DNA of 50,841 nt, from positions 1-50,841 of the forward strand of contig JBBIRT010000003.1 of the NCBI GenBank assembly GCA_037441725.1. Direction: 5' to 3'. Source of the stretch: Deltaproteobacteria bacterium. GTDB taxonomy: Bacteria > Desulfobacterota > BSN033 > UBA1163. This document shows, piece after piece, positions 38,065 through 48,494 of this stretch (within the stretch, counting starts at the first letter, position 1; every line of letters starts with the position of its first letter). The notes below the pieces were generated by a model, which was not told the DNA's origin, did not search any database, and saw only the letters and a list, made by a program, of their open reading frames with translations. Position numbers and translations under genes: made by a program.

Positions 38065-38838
38065 ATGAAAATCGCTATTTCAGGAAAGGGAGGGGTTGGA
38101 AAGACAACCCTGGCTGGGGTGATGGCAAGGATTTTAGCCCATCAAGGTCGAAAGGTACTTGCTATTGATGCCGACCCTGATTCCAATTTAGCCTCGGCCA
38201 TTGGTCTTCCCCAAGAGGCTCTTTCCAAACTCAAACCCATTGCTTCGATGACCTCGATGATAGAAGAAAGAACAGGGGCAAAAAAAGGGGGGTTTGGATC
38301 CCTATTTAGGCTCAATCCAAAAGTGGATGATATCCCTGATGAAATGGGAGTGAATCATCAGGGAATCAAACTTCTTCTCTTAGGTTGTATCCCTCAGGGA
38401 GGAGGAGGTTGCTTCTGCCCTGAGAATGTCCTTTTGAAAAACTTGATCCACCATCTCCTGGTCAAAAGGGATGAGGCTTTGATCATTGATATGGAGGCAG
38501 GTTTGGAACACTTAGGAAGAGGAAGCACAGGAAAGGTGGATGCCCTCATCATTGTTGTGGAACCCGGGCAAAGGGCCTTGAACACCGCAAGGCAGATTAA
38601 AAAATTGGGTGAGGATTTAAACATCAAGAGAATGATGATTGTTGGAAATAAGGTCGCCTCGGAAGAAGACAGACGACTTATCGAAAGAGAGCTTTCTGAT
38701 TTTCCTGTCTTAGGCCATATGAGTTTTAATCCTGAGATCATGAGGGCAGATAAGGAGGGGAAATCTCCCTACGATGTGGATGATCAAATAAAAGAAGAAG
38801 TAGGGGCTATCCTCATGGAATTGGAGAAAAGGATCTAA
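38065..38838 (+). CDS. cooC: CooC/AcsF-type nickel-insertion ATPase (MinD/ParA superfamily)
   Basis: Deviant Walker A GKGGVGKTT and the CFCPEN (CxC) metal motif. Confidence 0.75.
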   Translation: MKIAISGKGGVGKTTLAGVMARILAHQGRKVLAIDADPDSNLASAIGLPQEALSKLKPIASMTSMIEERTGAKKGGFGSLFRLNPKVDDIPDEMGVNHQGIKLLLLGCIPQGGGGCFCPENVLLKNLIHHLLVKRDEALIIDMEAGLEHLGRGSTGKVDALIIVVEPGQRALNTARQIKKLGEDLNIKRMMIVGNKVASEEDRRLIERELSDFPVLGHMSFNPEIMRADKEGKSPYDVDDQIKEEVGAILMELEKRI

Positions 38839-38849
38839 AGGATCAGTTT

Positions 38850-39563
38850 ATGATTCGAACGATTTGGGTTTGGTCTTCTATTGTGGTGGCCACATTGATC
38901 TTGGGGATTTTGGCCTTTTTTACCTTTCCTTTTGACCGCAAAGGAAGGATCGTTCATCTCTACGCAAGGCTTTGGGGAAAGATTGCTCTTAAGGTAAACC
39001 GGGTCAGGGTAAACATTGAAGGGATAGAAAGGCTTAATGGAAAGGGCCCCTATCTCTTCATGTCAAACCATCAGGGGTACTATGATGTCTTTGCGTTACT
39101 GGGCTATTTGCCTTATCAGTTCAAATGGTTAGTTAAGAAGGAGCTCTTTTCCATACCCTTCTTCAACTGGACCATGGCGGCGGCAGGTTATATCAGTCTT
39201 GACCGCAAGGGAGGGCGTGACACAGTGAAGGCCTTAAACCAAGCTTTACAAAAGATTCAGGAGGGAATGTCGGTGGTCATTTTCCCTGAGGGATCGAGGA
39301 GTCCGGATGGCTCTATCCAACCCTTTAAGAAAGGGGGATTTTCCCTAGCCATCAAATCCCAAGTTCCGATTGTGCCAATAGCCATCAGTGGAAGCCGGGA
39401 CATCATGCCCAAAGGAAAATTCACTACGACCCGAGGAGAGATTCGAATCCTGGTGGATCATCCCATTGAGATTAAAACCTGTTCACTAAGGGAGAGAGAA
39501 TCCTTAATGCGACAGGTGAGAGAAACGATCGACCATAACTTCAAGTTGATCTCCCAAAGATAG
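38850..39563 (+). CDS. plsC: 1-acyl-sn-glycerol-3-phosphate acyltransferase
   Basis: NHQGYYD (HX4D) and FPEGSRS motifs, plus an N-terminal transmembrane segment. Confidence 0.85.
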   Translation: MIRTIWVWSSIVVATLILGILAFFTFPFDRKGRIVHLYARLWGKIALKVNRVRVNIEGIERLNGKGPYLFMSNHQGYYDVFALLGYLPYQFKWLVKKELFSIPFFNWTMAAAGYISLDRKGGRDTVKALNQALQKIQEGMSVVIFPEGSRSPDGSIQPFKKGGFSLAIKSQVPIVPIAISGSRDIMPKGKFTTTRGEIRILVDHPIEIKTCSLRERESLMRQVRETIDHNFKLISQR

Positions 39564-39580
39564 CAAGAGGAGAGGCCATC

Positions 39581-41818
39581 ATGGAGGACTCGATCAAAGA
39601 AAAACTAAAGAGAGAGATTTTAGGGATTTCTTTATTGGCCATTGGCCTCTTTCTCTTCTTGAGTTTGATCTCCTACCATCCAATGGATCCCTCCTTTTTC
39701 ACTTACGTCTCACCAAAAGTCAAGGAGATTCATAACTGGATGGGGGTAGTAGGAGCTTACCTCTCCTCTCTTCTCTTCCAGGGATTCGGCTTTCCTGCTT
39801 TTCTAATCTCGTTTGGGATGATCATCTTTGCGATCAGTTTCATCTTCCACTGGGAGTGGAAATATTTCTCTTTAAGAGTCATGGGTTGGCTCGTCATCTT
39901 GATTGCAGCCTCATCCTTCTCCAGTTTATGGTTGAGCCCTATTCGATTTTATCACCAAACCCTCTTGATGGGAGGATTTATTGGAGAGATATTTTCGAGA
40001 AGTCTGGTCTATTATTTCAATCGTCCAGGGGCCACCATCCTATTATCCTTGGTTTTGATCGTGGCTTTTGTATTAGGAACAGGAATCTCTTTTATCTCCC
40101 TAATAACCCATACAGGAAAGTCTATTCAGAAAATCATGGAGAAGATCGATACCCTTAAAACGATTCGAAAGGAGCGGGGGGAGAGGAAGAAAAAATTGGT
40201 AAAACAGAGGCAAGAAAAGATCGAGGGAAAAGAGGATATTCCCTTGGTGGTTGATAAACCTTCTCCTCCTAAAGCTCCCAAGAGAGAAGAGATACCGAAA
40301 CAAGAGGTATTCGATTTTATAGAATCTCCTAAGAGCTTTCAGCTCCCACCCGTTTCTTTGCTTGAGGCTGAGATTGAGAAAAGACAGAAAATTGACCGGG
40401 AAAGCTTGATCATGAATTCTCGGATTTTGGAGAAGAAACTCCTGGATTATGGGGTAGAAGGGAAAGTGGTAGAGGTAAGGCCAGGTCCTGTGATCACGGT
40501 CTATGAATTCGAGCCTGCTCCTGGAGTGAAGGTCAGTCGGATTGTCAATCTTTCAGATGACCTGGCTTTGGCCTTGAGTGCCCTTTCCATCCGTATCGTC
40601 GCCCCCATCCCAGGGAAATCTGTGGTTGGGATTGAAGTCCCAAATACCAATAGGGAAACGGTTTACCTCAAAGAGATCATCGATTCAGAAAATTTCCGTA
40701 ATTTTAAATCAAAACTCTGTTTCGGACTGGGTAAGGACATCTCAGGAGAACCCTTTGTCGTCGATCTTGCCAGGATGCCCCATCTCCTGGTGGCAGGGTC
40801 AACCGGTTCTGGAAAAAGCGTCTCAATCAATGCAATGATCTGTAGCATCCTATTTAAGGCCACCCCAGAGGAAGTGCGTTTCCTCATGATTGATCCCAAA
40901 ATGCTGGAGCTATCTGATTATGAAGGTATCCCTCATCTCTTACTTCCTGTTGTCACCAACCCCAAAAAGGCAGCAATTGCCCTTAAATGGCTGGTCGAAG
41001 AAATGGAGCGGAGGTACTCGGTCTTAGCAGAAAAAGGGGTGAGAAATATTGAACATTATCATCAGAGGATGGAAAAGGAATTGAAAGAGAAGGGTAAGGT
41101 CTACAAACGGAAGGGTGACCTCTTGGAAGGCGATGAAGAGAAAGCAAGAGAGCCGATGGAGAGGCTTCCTTATATTGTTGTGGTAATCGATGAATTAGCA
41201 GACCTGATGATGATCTCATCGAAAGAGGTGGAGGAATCCATTACGCGGCTGGCGCAGATGGCAAGGGCTGTTGGCATCCACCTCATCCTTGCCACCCAAC
41301 GCCCCTCTGTAGATGTCCTCACAGGAATCATTAAAGCAAACTTTCCTGCTCGGATCTCTTTTCAGGTCACCTCTAAAGTGGACTCACGAACGATTCTGGA
41401 TACCATTGGAGCAGAGCATCTTCTTGGAGCAGGGGATATGCTCTTTCTCCCTCCAGGTAGCTCAAAATTGATTCGTCTCCATGGAGCTTTTGTATCTGGC
41501 CAAGAGATTAAACGGGTCGTTGAATTCCTAAAAAAGCAGGGGAAACCTTCCTACTTAGATCCCTCCATCCTTGCGGAAGAAAAGAAGGAGAAAGGGACCA
41601 CTCCAGGGGAAGAGGATGAATATGATGAGAAATATGATGAGGCAGTGGCCTTTGTGGCTGAAACCGGCCAGGCATCGATCTCCCTCATCCAGAGGCGATT
41701 TCGCATTGGGTACAATCGTGCAGCCCGAATCATAGAAAAGATGGAGGAGGAAGGGGTGGTGGGACCATCTGACGGAATCAAACCCCGAGAGGTCCTGGTA
41801 AAAAAGATCGAACCATAA
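39581..41818 (+). CDS. ftsK: DNA translocase FtsK
   Basis: N-terminal transmembrane segments, Walker A GSTGSGKS, and a C-terminal gamma winged-helix (LIQRRFRIGYNRAARIIE). Confidence 0.92.
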   Translation: MEDSIKEKLKREILGISLLAIGLFLFLSLISYHPMDPSFFTYVSPKVKEIHNWMGVVGAYLSSLLFQGFGFPAFLISFGMIIFAISFIFHWEWKYFSLRVMGWLVILIAASSFSSLWLSPIRFYHQTLLMGGFIGEIFSRSLVYYFNRPGATILLSLVLIVAFVLGTGISFISLITHTGKSIQKIMEKIDTLKTIRKERGERKKKLVKQRQEKIEGKEDIPLVVDKPSPPKAPKREEIPKQEVFDFIESPKSFQLPPVSLLEAEIEKRQKIDRESLIMNSRILEKKLLDYGVEGKVVEVRPGPVITVYEFEPAPGVKVSRIVNLSDDLALALSALSIRIVAPIPGKSVVGIEVPNTNRETVYLKEIIDSENFRNFKSKLCFGLGKDISGEPFVVDLARMPHLLVAGSTGSGKSVSINAMICSILFKATPEEVRFLMIDPKMLELSDYEGIPHLLLPVVTNPKKAAIALKWLVEEMERRYSVLAEKGVRNIEHYHQRMEKELKEKGKVYKRKGDLLEGDEEKAREPMERLPYIVVVIDELADLMMISSKEVEESITRLAQMARAVGIHLILATQRPSVDVLTGIIKANFPARISFQVTSKVDSRTILDTIGAEHLLGAGDMLFLPPGSSKLIRLHGAFVSGQEIKRVVEFLKKQGKPSYLDPSILAEEKKEKGTTPGEEDEYDEKYDEAVAFVAETGQASISLIQRRFRIGYNRAARIIEKMEEEGVVGPSDGIKPREVLVKKIEP

Positions 41819-41878
41819 AGGATAATTCCATAGACAATGGATGATAAGCCATGAATCATAAATAATCAATTGTATAAC

Positions 41879-42004
41879 GTTCATTGTTCAAAGTTCATTG
41901 TTCAAGGTTCATCGTTCAAGGTTCATCGTTTATGGTTCATCGTTTATGGTTCATCGTTTAAAGTTCATCATTTGAGGTTCATCATTCAGGATTGACCTTC
42001 AGGG
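41879..42004. repeat. 14-bp tandem repeat, 8 clear units plus 1 degenerate unit (consensus GTTCATCGTTYAWG)
   Basis: Units begin at 41879, 41893, 41907, 41921, 41935, 41949, 41963 and 41977, with a degenerate unit at 41991. The array lies in the ftsK-lolA intergenic region and ends 26 nt before the lolA ATG. Confidence 0.9.
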
Positions 42005-42030
42005 TTAATGAATGAAAGAGGTTAGCAAAC

Positions 42031-42702
42031 ATGAGACCAAGGTTCTCTTCGATTTTCTTCATAGCAATGCTATTCTCCTTATTCCCTTTTTCATCAGGCC
42101 TTTGTATCACAGGGGAAGGGATATTGGCTGAGATTCAGAATAGATATGAGAAGACCAACGATTTTGAAGCCCACTTTACTCAGGAATATATTACAAAAAT
42201 AATGAGACCCTCCCATCGTGGGGAGGGAAAGGTCTATTTTAAGAAGAAAGGGATGATGCGATGGGATTATACAACCCCAAACCAGAAGCTTATCTCTGAT
42301 GGTCATACTCTTTGGTACTATCAGCCTGAAGAAAAACAAGTTCTCATTTCAGATGTCTCTAGTATATTCAATGAGAAAACTCCCCTGGCCTTCTTAGCTG
42401 GGAAAGGAAATCTCCATCGAGAATTTAATCTTCTCAACCTGAATGAATCCACTTCTCAAAAAGGGGATTACTACATCATTGAATTGGCTCCCAAGGAAAT
42501 CCTTACGACGGTAAAGAGGTTAACCCTATTGGTTGACAAAAAGACGCTTTATGTCCTGCAGGCTGATGTCTTTGATGAATTGGGGAATGTGACCCGGACC
42601 CGATTTGAAGAGATCAAAACCAATCTGGGACTTTCCGATTCACTCTTCCATTTTAGCATTCCCCAGGGGACAGAAGTCATCAAGATGCAAGGAGCTCAGT
42701 AA
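42031..42702 (+). CDS. lolA: outer-membrane lipoprotein carrier protein LolA
   Basis: Signal peptide and the F.Q...........G.VYFKKKGMMRWDY...Q.LISDG..LW.Y pattern. Confidence 0.85.
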   Translation: MRPRFSSIFFIAMLFSLFPFSSGLCITGEGILAEIQNRYEKTNDFEAHFTQEYITKIMRPSHRGEGKVYFKKKGMMRWDYTTPNQKLISDGHTLWYYQPEEKQVLISDVSSIFNEKTPLAFLAGKGNLHREFNLLNLNESTSQKGDYYIIELAPKEILTTVKRLTLLVDKKTLYVLQADVFDELGNVTRTRFEEIKTNLGLSDSLFHFSIPQGTEVIKMQGAQ

Positions 42703-42778
42703 TCAATTCTTAACAGAAAGAAGGGATTCCCTTCAAGCTATTGGAATTTGACTTTAAGGATTTGAGATTTATTCCTAT

Positions 42779-43582
42779 ATGCCTCTTTATTCAACCCATG
42801 CGATTGTGATCCGTTCCATCCATTATGGTGAATCTGATAAGATCGTAACCTTTTTTACGAAAGACTATGGCAAGCTGAAGGGCATTGCCAAAGGTGCGAG
42901 GAGGAGTAAGAAACGTTTTCAGAATGCCCTGAGCCTCTTTTCTCATCTTCGCCTGATCTTTTTTGATCGGGAAGGAATGGGGTTGGTTAGGGCTGAAAGT
43001 TGTGATCTTCTTCATCCCTTCCCAAAAATCAAAGAGAACCTCAAGAAAATCCTCTACGGAAACTACTATTTAGAATTGACAAACGAGATGGCTGGAGAAC
43101 GGGAGCCGAACCAGGGGGCCTTTGAATTACTTCTCTCATTTTTATTAAACCTTGAAGAAACACCGCCTCAGGAAGAACAATTGAGGATCTTTGAAATCCA
43201 GATGCTCAACCTCTTTGGCTATCGACCCAATATGAAGAAGTGTAACCTCTGTAATAGGAGATGGGAGGAGTTGAGAGAGATTCCAATTTTCTTCTCCCAT
43301 GAAAGAGGAGCTTTGATCTGTGAAGGTTGCTCTCAGAAGTGGAATAATCTCATCCCCCTTTCCATCGGAACTGCCCGACTCATTGATAAGATCTCCCAAA
43401 CAGAATTATCCAAGCTCCAAAGGCTGGGATTCACATACCAAGCTCTATCTGAATGTCGAGAAATCCTTCCCAAATTTATCAGTTATCAATTGGGGAAGGA
43501 ACTAAAATCGCTCAAGGCATTGAGAGAAATTAAGATCATTCCCTTTCCTTCCAAGTCGATAAAAGAAGGGGAGAGCCCTTGA
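42779..43582 (+). CDS. recO: DNA repair protein RecO
   Basis: N-terminal OB-fold start (AIVIRSIHYGESDKIVTFFT) and a zinc finger (CNLCN...CEGC). Confidence 0.88.
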   Translation: MPLYSTHAIVIRSIHYGESDKIVTFFTKDYGKLKGIAKGARRSKKRFQNALSLFSHLRLIFFDREGMGLVRAESCDLLHPFPKIKENLKKILYGNYYLELTNEMAGEREPNQGAFELLLSFLLNLEETPPQEEQLRIFEIQMLNLFGYRPNMKKCNLCNRRWEELREIPIFFSHERGALICEGCSQKWNNLIPLSIGTARLIDKISQTELSKLQRLGFTYQALSECREILPKFISYQLGKELKSLKALREIKIIPFPSKSIKEGESP

Positions 43583-43668
43583 TTTGAAGAGGGGGATAGG
43601 AGGGATGAGGGTTGACATCTTTGATCAAAACATGCTAAACCCTTCTTCATTGAATAAGAGGTGGAGGG

Positions 43669-44541
43669 ATGAATTTTCAAGAATTGATCTTTGCTTTGGA
43701 ACGTTTCTGGGCAGATCAAGGGTGTGTGATCCAACAGCCCTACGATTTAGAAGTCGGAGCTGGAACTTTTCACCCAGCGACCTTCCTCAGATCCTTAGGC
43801 CCTGAACCCTGGAGGGTGGCCTATGTGGAACCTTCGCGACGCCCTACGGATGGTCGATATGGAGAAAATCCGAATCGCCTTCAACACTACTACCAATATC
43901 AGGTAATTTTAAAACCCTCTCCCCTCGATGTCCAAGAGCTTTATCTTGATAGCTTGAAGTCTTTTGGAATTGATCCTCTTGAACATGATATACGATTTGT
44001 AGAGGACGATTGGGAATCTCCTACCTTGGGCGCATGGGGACTAGGTTGGGAAGTATGGCTGGATGGAATGGAGATCACTCAATTTACCTACTTCCAACAA
44101 GCTGGAGGGATCGAGTTAAATCCTATTCCCGTAGAGCTCACCTATGGCATCGAACGGATTGCCATGTATCTCCAGGGCGTGGATAATGTGTTTGATCTTG
44201 AATGGACAAAAGGGATAAGGTATGGCGATATCCACCACCAAGGAGAGGTTGAATTCTCTCGATACAATTTTGAAGAAGCAAATGTGGAAATGCTCTTTCG
44301 CCTCTTTACCGTTTTTGAAGAGGAATCAAAGAGGATGGTCGAAAAAGGGCTGATCCTTCCTGCCTACGATTATTGTCTAAAGACCTCCCATATCTTCAAC
44401 CTTCTTGATGCGAGAGGCGCAATCAGTGTGACCGAACGAGTAGGATATATTTTAAGAGTGAGGACATTGGCTCGGCTGTGTGCAGAGGGTTACCTCAAAC
44501 AGAGAGAGGGGATGGGATTTCCTCTATTAAATAAGGGATGA
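43669..44541 (+). CDS. glyQ: glycine--tRNA ligase alpha subunit
   Basis: Highly conserved [19 protein letters not shown]...[18 protein letters not shown]. Confidence 0.95.
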   Translation: MNFQELIFALERFWADQGCVIQQPYDLEVGAGTFHPATFLRSLGPEPWRVAYVEPSRRPTDGRYGENPNRLQHYYQYQVILKPSPLDVQELYLDSLKSFGIDPLEHDIRFVEDDWESPTLGAWGLGWEVWLDGMEITQFTYFQQAGGIELNPIPVELTYGIERIAMYLQGVDNVFDLEWTKGIRYGDIHHQGEVEFSRYNFEEANVEMLFRLFTVFEEESKRMVEKGLILPAYDYCLKTSHIFNLLDARGAISVTERVGYILRVRTLARLCAEGYLKQREGMGFPLLNKG

Positions 44542-44600
44542 TGTGAGCATTTTGAAATTAAATTTTGAATTTAACCCCTGAGGTTGGAGACAGAAAATCG

Positions 44601-46664
44601 ATGAAAGAGCTTCTTTTAGAGATCGGTACAGAAGAAATTCCCACTGGATTCGTTTTACAAGCCCTGATGGATCTGGAAGCTCTTACTAAAAGAGAATTCG
44701 AAGCGAACCGAATCGATTTCGATGGGATAAAAACCTATGGAACCCCGAGGCGTCTGGTCCTCACTATCAATTCGGTTGACGAAAAACAGAGAGAGGTAGA
44801 GATAAGAAAGATCGGACCCTCGAAGCAAGCGGCCTTTGATTCGAATGGAATTCCAACGAAAGCTGCCATTGGGTTTGCTAAGAGCCAATCGATTCCAGTG
44901 GAGTCCTTGACCCTTATTCAAACAGAAAGAGGCGAGTATGTCTGTGCGGTGAAAAAGGAGCCAGGAAAAGAGACTTCAGAAATCCTTTCATCCCTTCTCC
45001 CTAAGATCATCCTATCCATTCCCTTTAAGAAATCGATGAGATGGGCAGATGTTCCGATTCGTTTCGCCCGCCCCGTTCATTGGATATTAGCCCTCTTTGG
45101 AGGGGAGTTAATCCCTTTTGAAGTGGGCCATATCAAAAGCGGAAGGGTCACCTATGGTCATCGATTCATGCATTCAAGCCCTATTCCTATCAATGATATC
45201 CAAACGTATTTCCAAAGGACCCGAGAGTCTTTTGTGATTGTGGACCCGGTGGAGAGAAAAAAAAGAATCGAAGAGGCCATGATTCGGGAGGGGGCCAAAG
45301 TTTCAGGAAGGGTGCTCAGGGATGAAGAGCTTCTTGAAGAAGTCAATTTTTTAGTGGAATACCCTGGTGTCATGCTTGGGAGATTTGATCAAAAATTTCT
45401 ATCCCTTCCCCAAGAAATCCTCATCCATTCCATGAAAGAACATCAAAGATATTTCCCTCTTTTGGATGACCATGGGAGGTTGCTCCCTTACTTTATATTT
45501 GTTTCCAATATCCAACCGAAAGATCAAGCGGTGGTGATAAAGGGAAATGAGAAAGTCCTCAGGGCAAGGCTCTCGGATGCGGTATTCTTCTTTGAGGAGG
45601 ATCTCAAGATCCCCCTGGAGAAAAGGGTAGAACAATTGAAGAAAGTAGTCTTCCAGGCCAAGTTAGGAACTTCCTATGAAAAGGTAATGCGTTTCAAACG
45701 TTTGGCCTTATGGATCACTGACCGAATTGATCCGAAGCTTCGGGATGTGGTTGAGCGAACCGCCCTTTTATGCAAAGCAGACCTCGTGACCGGAATGGTG
45801 GGAGAGTTTCCAAAGCTCCAGGGTGTGGTTGGGAGGGAATATGCTCGATTATTTGGAGAAAAACCAGAAGTAGCCGAAGCCATTTATGAACATTACCTGC
45901 CGAGTTTCTCAGGAGATCGACTTCCTTCCACCCCCATCGGAGATATCGTCGGCATCGCAGATAAAATGGATACCATTGTGGGTTGCTTTGGAGTTGGACT
46001 GACCCCTTCTGGAACGGCCGATCCCTTTGGCTTGAGGCGACAAGCCCTCGGAATTATACGGATCCTAATTGAGAAAAAATATCCTCTTCCCTTAACCGCG
46101 TTGATCATGGAAAGCGGAAAACAATTAGAAGAAAAGATGGAACGATCCTTAGAGGAGGTAAAGCGAGAGGTTTTAGACTTTTTTAAGATTCGTTATCAGA
46201 ACTTCTTATTGGATAAAGATTACCCCTTTGATGTGACTGAGGCCGTACTTTCACGATCCTTCGATGAATTGTTAGATGCTCAGGGAAGAATTGATGCCTT
46301 AATGAAAGCCAGGCAATGGGAAGATTTCGAATCGATCGTCATTGGATTTAAACGGGCTATGAATATCCTAAAGGGGACCTTCCATAAAGAAGGAAGCAAT
46401 CCCTCCCTTTTTAAAGAACCAGCCGAGCAGAATCTCTATCAATCTTACCTCCAAGCAAGAGAGAGAATCAATCTTCTCCTTAAGAAAGGAGATTATTCAT
46501 CGGCGTTGTTTGAGATGACCCGAATGAAAAGGCCCATTGATGAATTTTTTGATCAGGTAATGGTGATGGTTGAAGAGGAAAGAATCCGAAATAACCGTTT
46601 GGCCCTCCTTGATGAGATCGGGAAACTCTTTCTCCAGGTTGCAGACTTCTCCAAACTCACATAG
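44601..46664 (+). CDS. glyS: glycine--tRNA ligase beta subunit
   Basis: MKELLLEIGTEEIP start and YGTPRRL motif, immediately downstream of glyQ. The ORF-track start at 44565 is a TTG. Confidence 0.92.
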   Translation: MKELLLEIGTEEIPTGFVLQALMDLEALTKREFEANRIDFDGIKTYGTPRRLVLTINSVDEKQREVEIRKIGPSKQAAFDSNGIPTKAAIGFAKSQSIPVESLTLIQTERGEYVCAVKKEPGKETSEILSSLLPKIILSIPFKKSMRWADVPIRFARPVHWILALFGGELIPFEVGHIKSGRVTYGHRFMHSSPIPINDIQTYFQRTRESFVIVDPVERKKRIEEAMIREGAKVSGRVLRDEELLEEVNFLVEYPGVMLGRFDQKFLSLPQEILIHSMKEHQRYFPLLDDHGRLLPYFIFVSNIQPKDQAVVIKGNEKVLRARLSDAVFFFEEDLKIPLEKRVEQLKKVVFQAKLGTSYEKVMRFKRLALWITDRIDPKLRDVVERTALLCKADLVTGMVGEFPKLQGVVGREYARLFGEKPEVAEAIYEHYLPSFSGDRLPSTPIGDIVGIADKMDTIVGCFGVGLTPSGTADPFGLRRQALGIIRILIEKKYPLPLTALIMESGKQLEEKMERSLEEVKREVLDFFKIRYQNFLLDKDYPFDVTEAVLSRSFDELLDAQGRIDALMKARQWEDFESIVIGFKRAMNILKGTFHKEGSNPSLFKEPAEQNLYQSYLQARERINLLLKKGDYSSALFEMTRMKRPIDEFFDQVMVMVEEERIRNNRLALLDEIGKLFLQVADFSKLT

Positions 46665-46701
46665 CTGTCTTTTTTCCCAGAAAATTGGATGGACCCGATG
46701 T

Positions 46702-46730
46702 TTGACAGAGCTCTCTCGTTTTTGTTATGA
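46702..46730 (+). promoter_or_regulatory. candidate promoter with an AGAGCTCT palindrome overlapping the -35 element and spacer
   Basis: TTGACA (46702-46707), 17-nt spacer, TTATGA (46725-46730). The ATG at 46727 lies inside the -10 element, so ATG 46739 or 46748 may be the real start. Confidence 0.35.
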
Positions 46731-48463
46731 ACCTTAGCATGAATGGGATGGAAAAGAGAAAAATCCTCAGTGAGATGGCCTTAGGAAATATCCCAGCCGA
46801 TGGGGTGATCTTCAACGGGACCCTTTTTAACGTTTTCACCCAAGAATTTATTAAGAGACAATCCATCTGGATCAAGGATGGAAGGATTGCCTATGTCGGA
46901 GCTGACCCTCATCCTCCGAAAGACAAGAAAACTCTCGAGATTGACGCGCAGGAGATGATCCTGCTTCCTGGGCTGATTGATGGACACACCCATACCGTGA
47001 GCAACCGTTATAGCCTTGAGGAATTTATCAGGCATGTGATTCCCACTGGAGTGACCACCGTGATTACTGAAACCATCGAGTTTGCGACCGTAGTGGGTAA
47101 GATGGGGATCGAATATTTTATAAAAGGCCTGGAGGAACAACCCATCCGATTTTATTATACGGTGGCCCCTCTCTGTGGGCTCACCTCAGAAGAAGAAATC
47201 AATGTTCCAACTCATGAAGATTATCTCTCTTTTCTGAAAGACCCAAAATGTCTTGGAATCGGAGAAATCTACTGGGGAAATATATTCCTGGAGGGAAGTC
47301 AGGGCGAAAGATTAAAAGAATTGATTTCCATGGCTCTCGGGTTGGGGAAAACGGTTGAGGGGCATACCGCAGGGGCTTCTGAGAAAAAACTTCAGGCTTA
47401 TACTGACTTTGGAGTCTCATCCTGTCATGAACCCATTACTGAAAAGGAAGTATTGGAGAGGCTTCGGCTCGGCTACTGGGTCATGATCAGAGAAGGAGGG
47501 ATCAGAAAAGAGTTAGAAGGGGTTAAAGGAATTTTCAAGAAGAGGATTGATTTTAGAAGGTTGGCCCTCTCGACAGATAGCGTGTATCCGGATGGCTTTC
47601 TCATGGAGGGATATCTTGATGCCTCCCTGAGGAATGCCTTGAGACTCGGTGTTCCGCCAAAAATCGCTTATCAAATGGTGACCATCAATGTGGCAGAACA
47701 TTTTGGCCTGGATCATCTTATCGGTTCCCTCTCTCCAGGGAGGATGGCTGATCTTTTAGCCATTCCATCGGTGAAAGACTTTTCCCCTCAATGGGTCATG
47801 TGTAACGGGAAAATAATCTATAGAGAGGGGAAGTCCCTTGCAGAACCCCGCCAGGTCTTTTTCCCCGAGGAGATGTTTCAAACTGTAAAAATCGAAAACT
47901 TTTCTTTTCCTTCCCTCCCCAGAAAGGGAAAGGTTAGGTTAATGGAATTGGTCACGGGTTTGGTAACGAAAGAGAGAATCATCGACCTTGAGGATCCTGA
48001 GGAATCAAAAGAGGCCAATATGATTCTTGCCTTAGAACGGCTCGGAAGGGGAAAGGCCTTTATGGGGCTTCTCAAAGGATTTGGTCTTCAGAGAGGGGCC
48101 TATGGAAGCACCATGACCTGGGACACGCTGGATATGTATGTCGTAGGATGCGACCTCCAATCTATGGAGACTGTCATTTACTGGCTAAGAGAGATGGGGG
48201 GAGGAGGGGTCTATGCCATTGGCAAGGAGATTGTTGCTGAATTCCCTGCTCCCCTCTGTGGGGTGGTTTCATTAAAACCTATGGAGATCGTGAGAGATGA
48301 AGTGAAAAGGGTGGAAGAATCTTTACGATCAAACGGCGTCAGATGGGAAAAACCCACCCTTACGGTGGACACCTTTGGAACGGCTGCGATCCCACACTTA
48401 AGAATTACCCACAATGGGTATGTGAATATCAAGGATAGAAAGGTCCTTCCCCTTATCGTGTAA
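46727..48463 (+). CDS. adenine deaminase-like amidohydrolase (second paralogue)
   Basis: LIDGHTHTV metal motif. The domain layout and length (~570 aa) parallel the ade gene at 11577-13292. Confidence 0.75.
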   Translation: MNLSMNGMEKRKILSEMALGNIPADGVIFNGTLFNVFTQEFIKRQSIWIKDGRIAYVGADPHPPKDKKTLEIDAQEMILLPGLIDGHTHTVSNRYSLEEFIRHVIPTGVTTVITETIEFATVVGKMGIEYFIKGLEEQPIRFYYTVAPLCGLTSEEEINVPTHEDYLSFLKDPKCLGIGEIYWGNIFLEGSQGERLKELISMALGLGKTVEGHTAGASEKKLQAYTDFGVSSCHEPITEKEVLERLRLGYWVMIREGGIRKELEGVKGIFKKRIDFRRLALSTDSVYPDGFLMEGYLDASLRNALRLGVPPKIAYQMVTINVAEHFGLDHLIGSLSPGRMADLLAIPSVKDFSPQWVMCNGKIIYREGKSLAEPRQVFFPEEMFQTVKIENFSFPSLPRKGKVRLMELVTGLVTKERIIDLEDPEESKEANMILALERLGRGKAFMGLLKGFGLQRGAYGSTMTWDTLDMYVVGCDLQSMETVIYWLREMGGGGVYAIGKEIVAEFPAPLCGVVSLKPMEIVRDEVKRVEESLRSNGVRWEKPTLTVDTFGTAAIPHLRITHNGYVNIKDRKVLPLIV

Positions 48464-48479
48464 AAAGGTTAGACCTTTT
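48463..48479. terminator. weak bidirectional hairpin between convergent genes
   Basis: AAAAGGT-TAG-ACCTTTT. The stem is AT-rich, so confidence is low. Confidence 0.25.
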
Positions 48480-48494
48480 GAGATTGAATAGGGA

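Noticed and set aside
41879-42004. The 14-bp tandem array as a CRISPR locus
   Set aside because: The units are directly abutting with no spacers and are far shorter than CRISPR repeats. There are no cas genes in the window.
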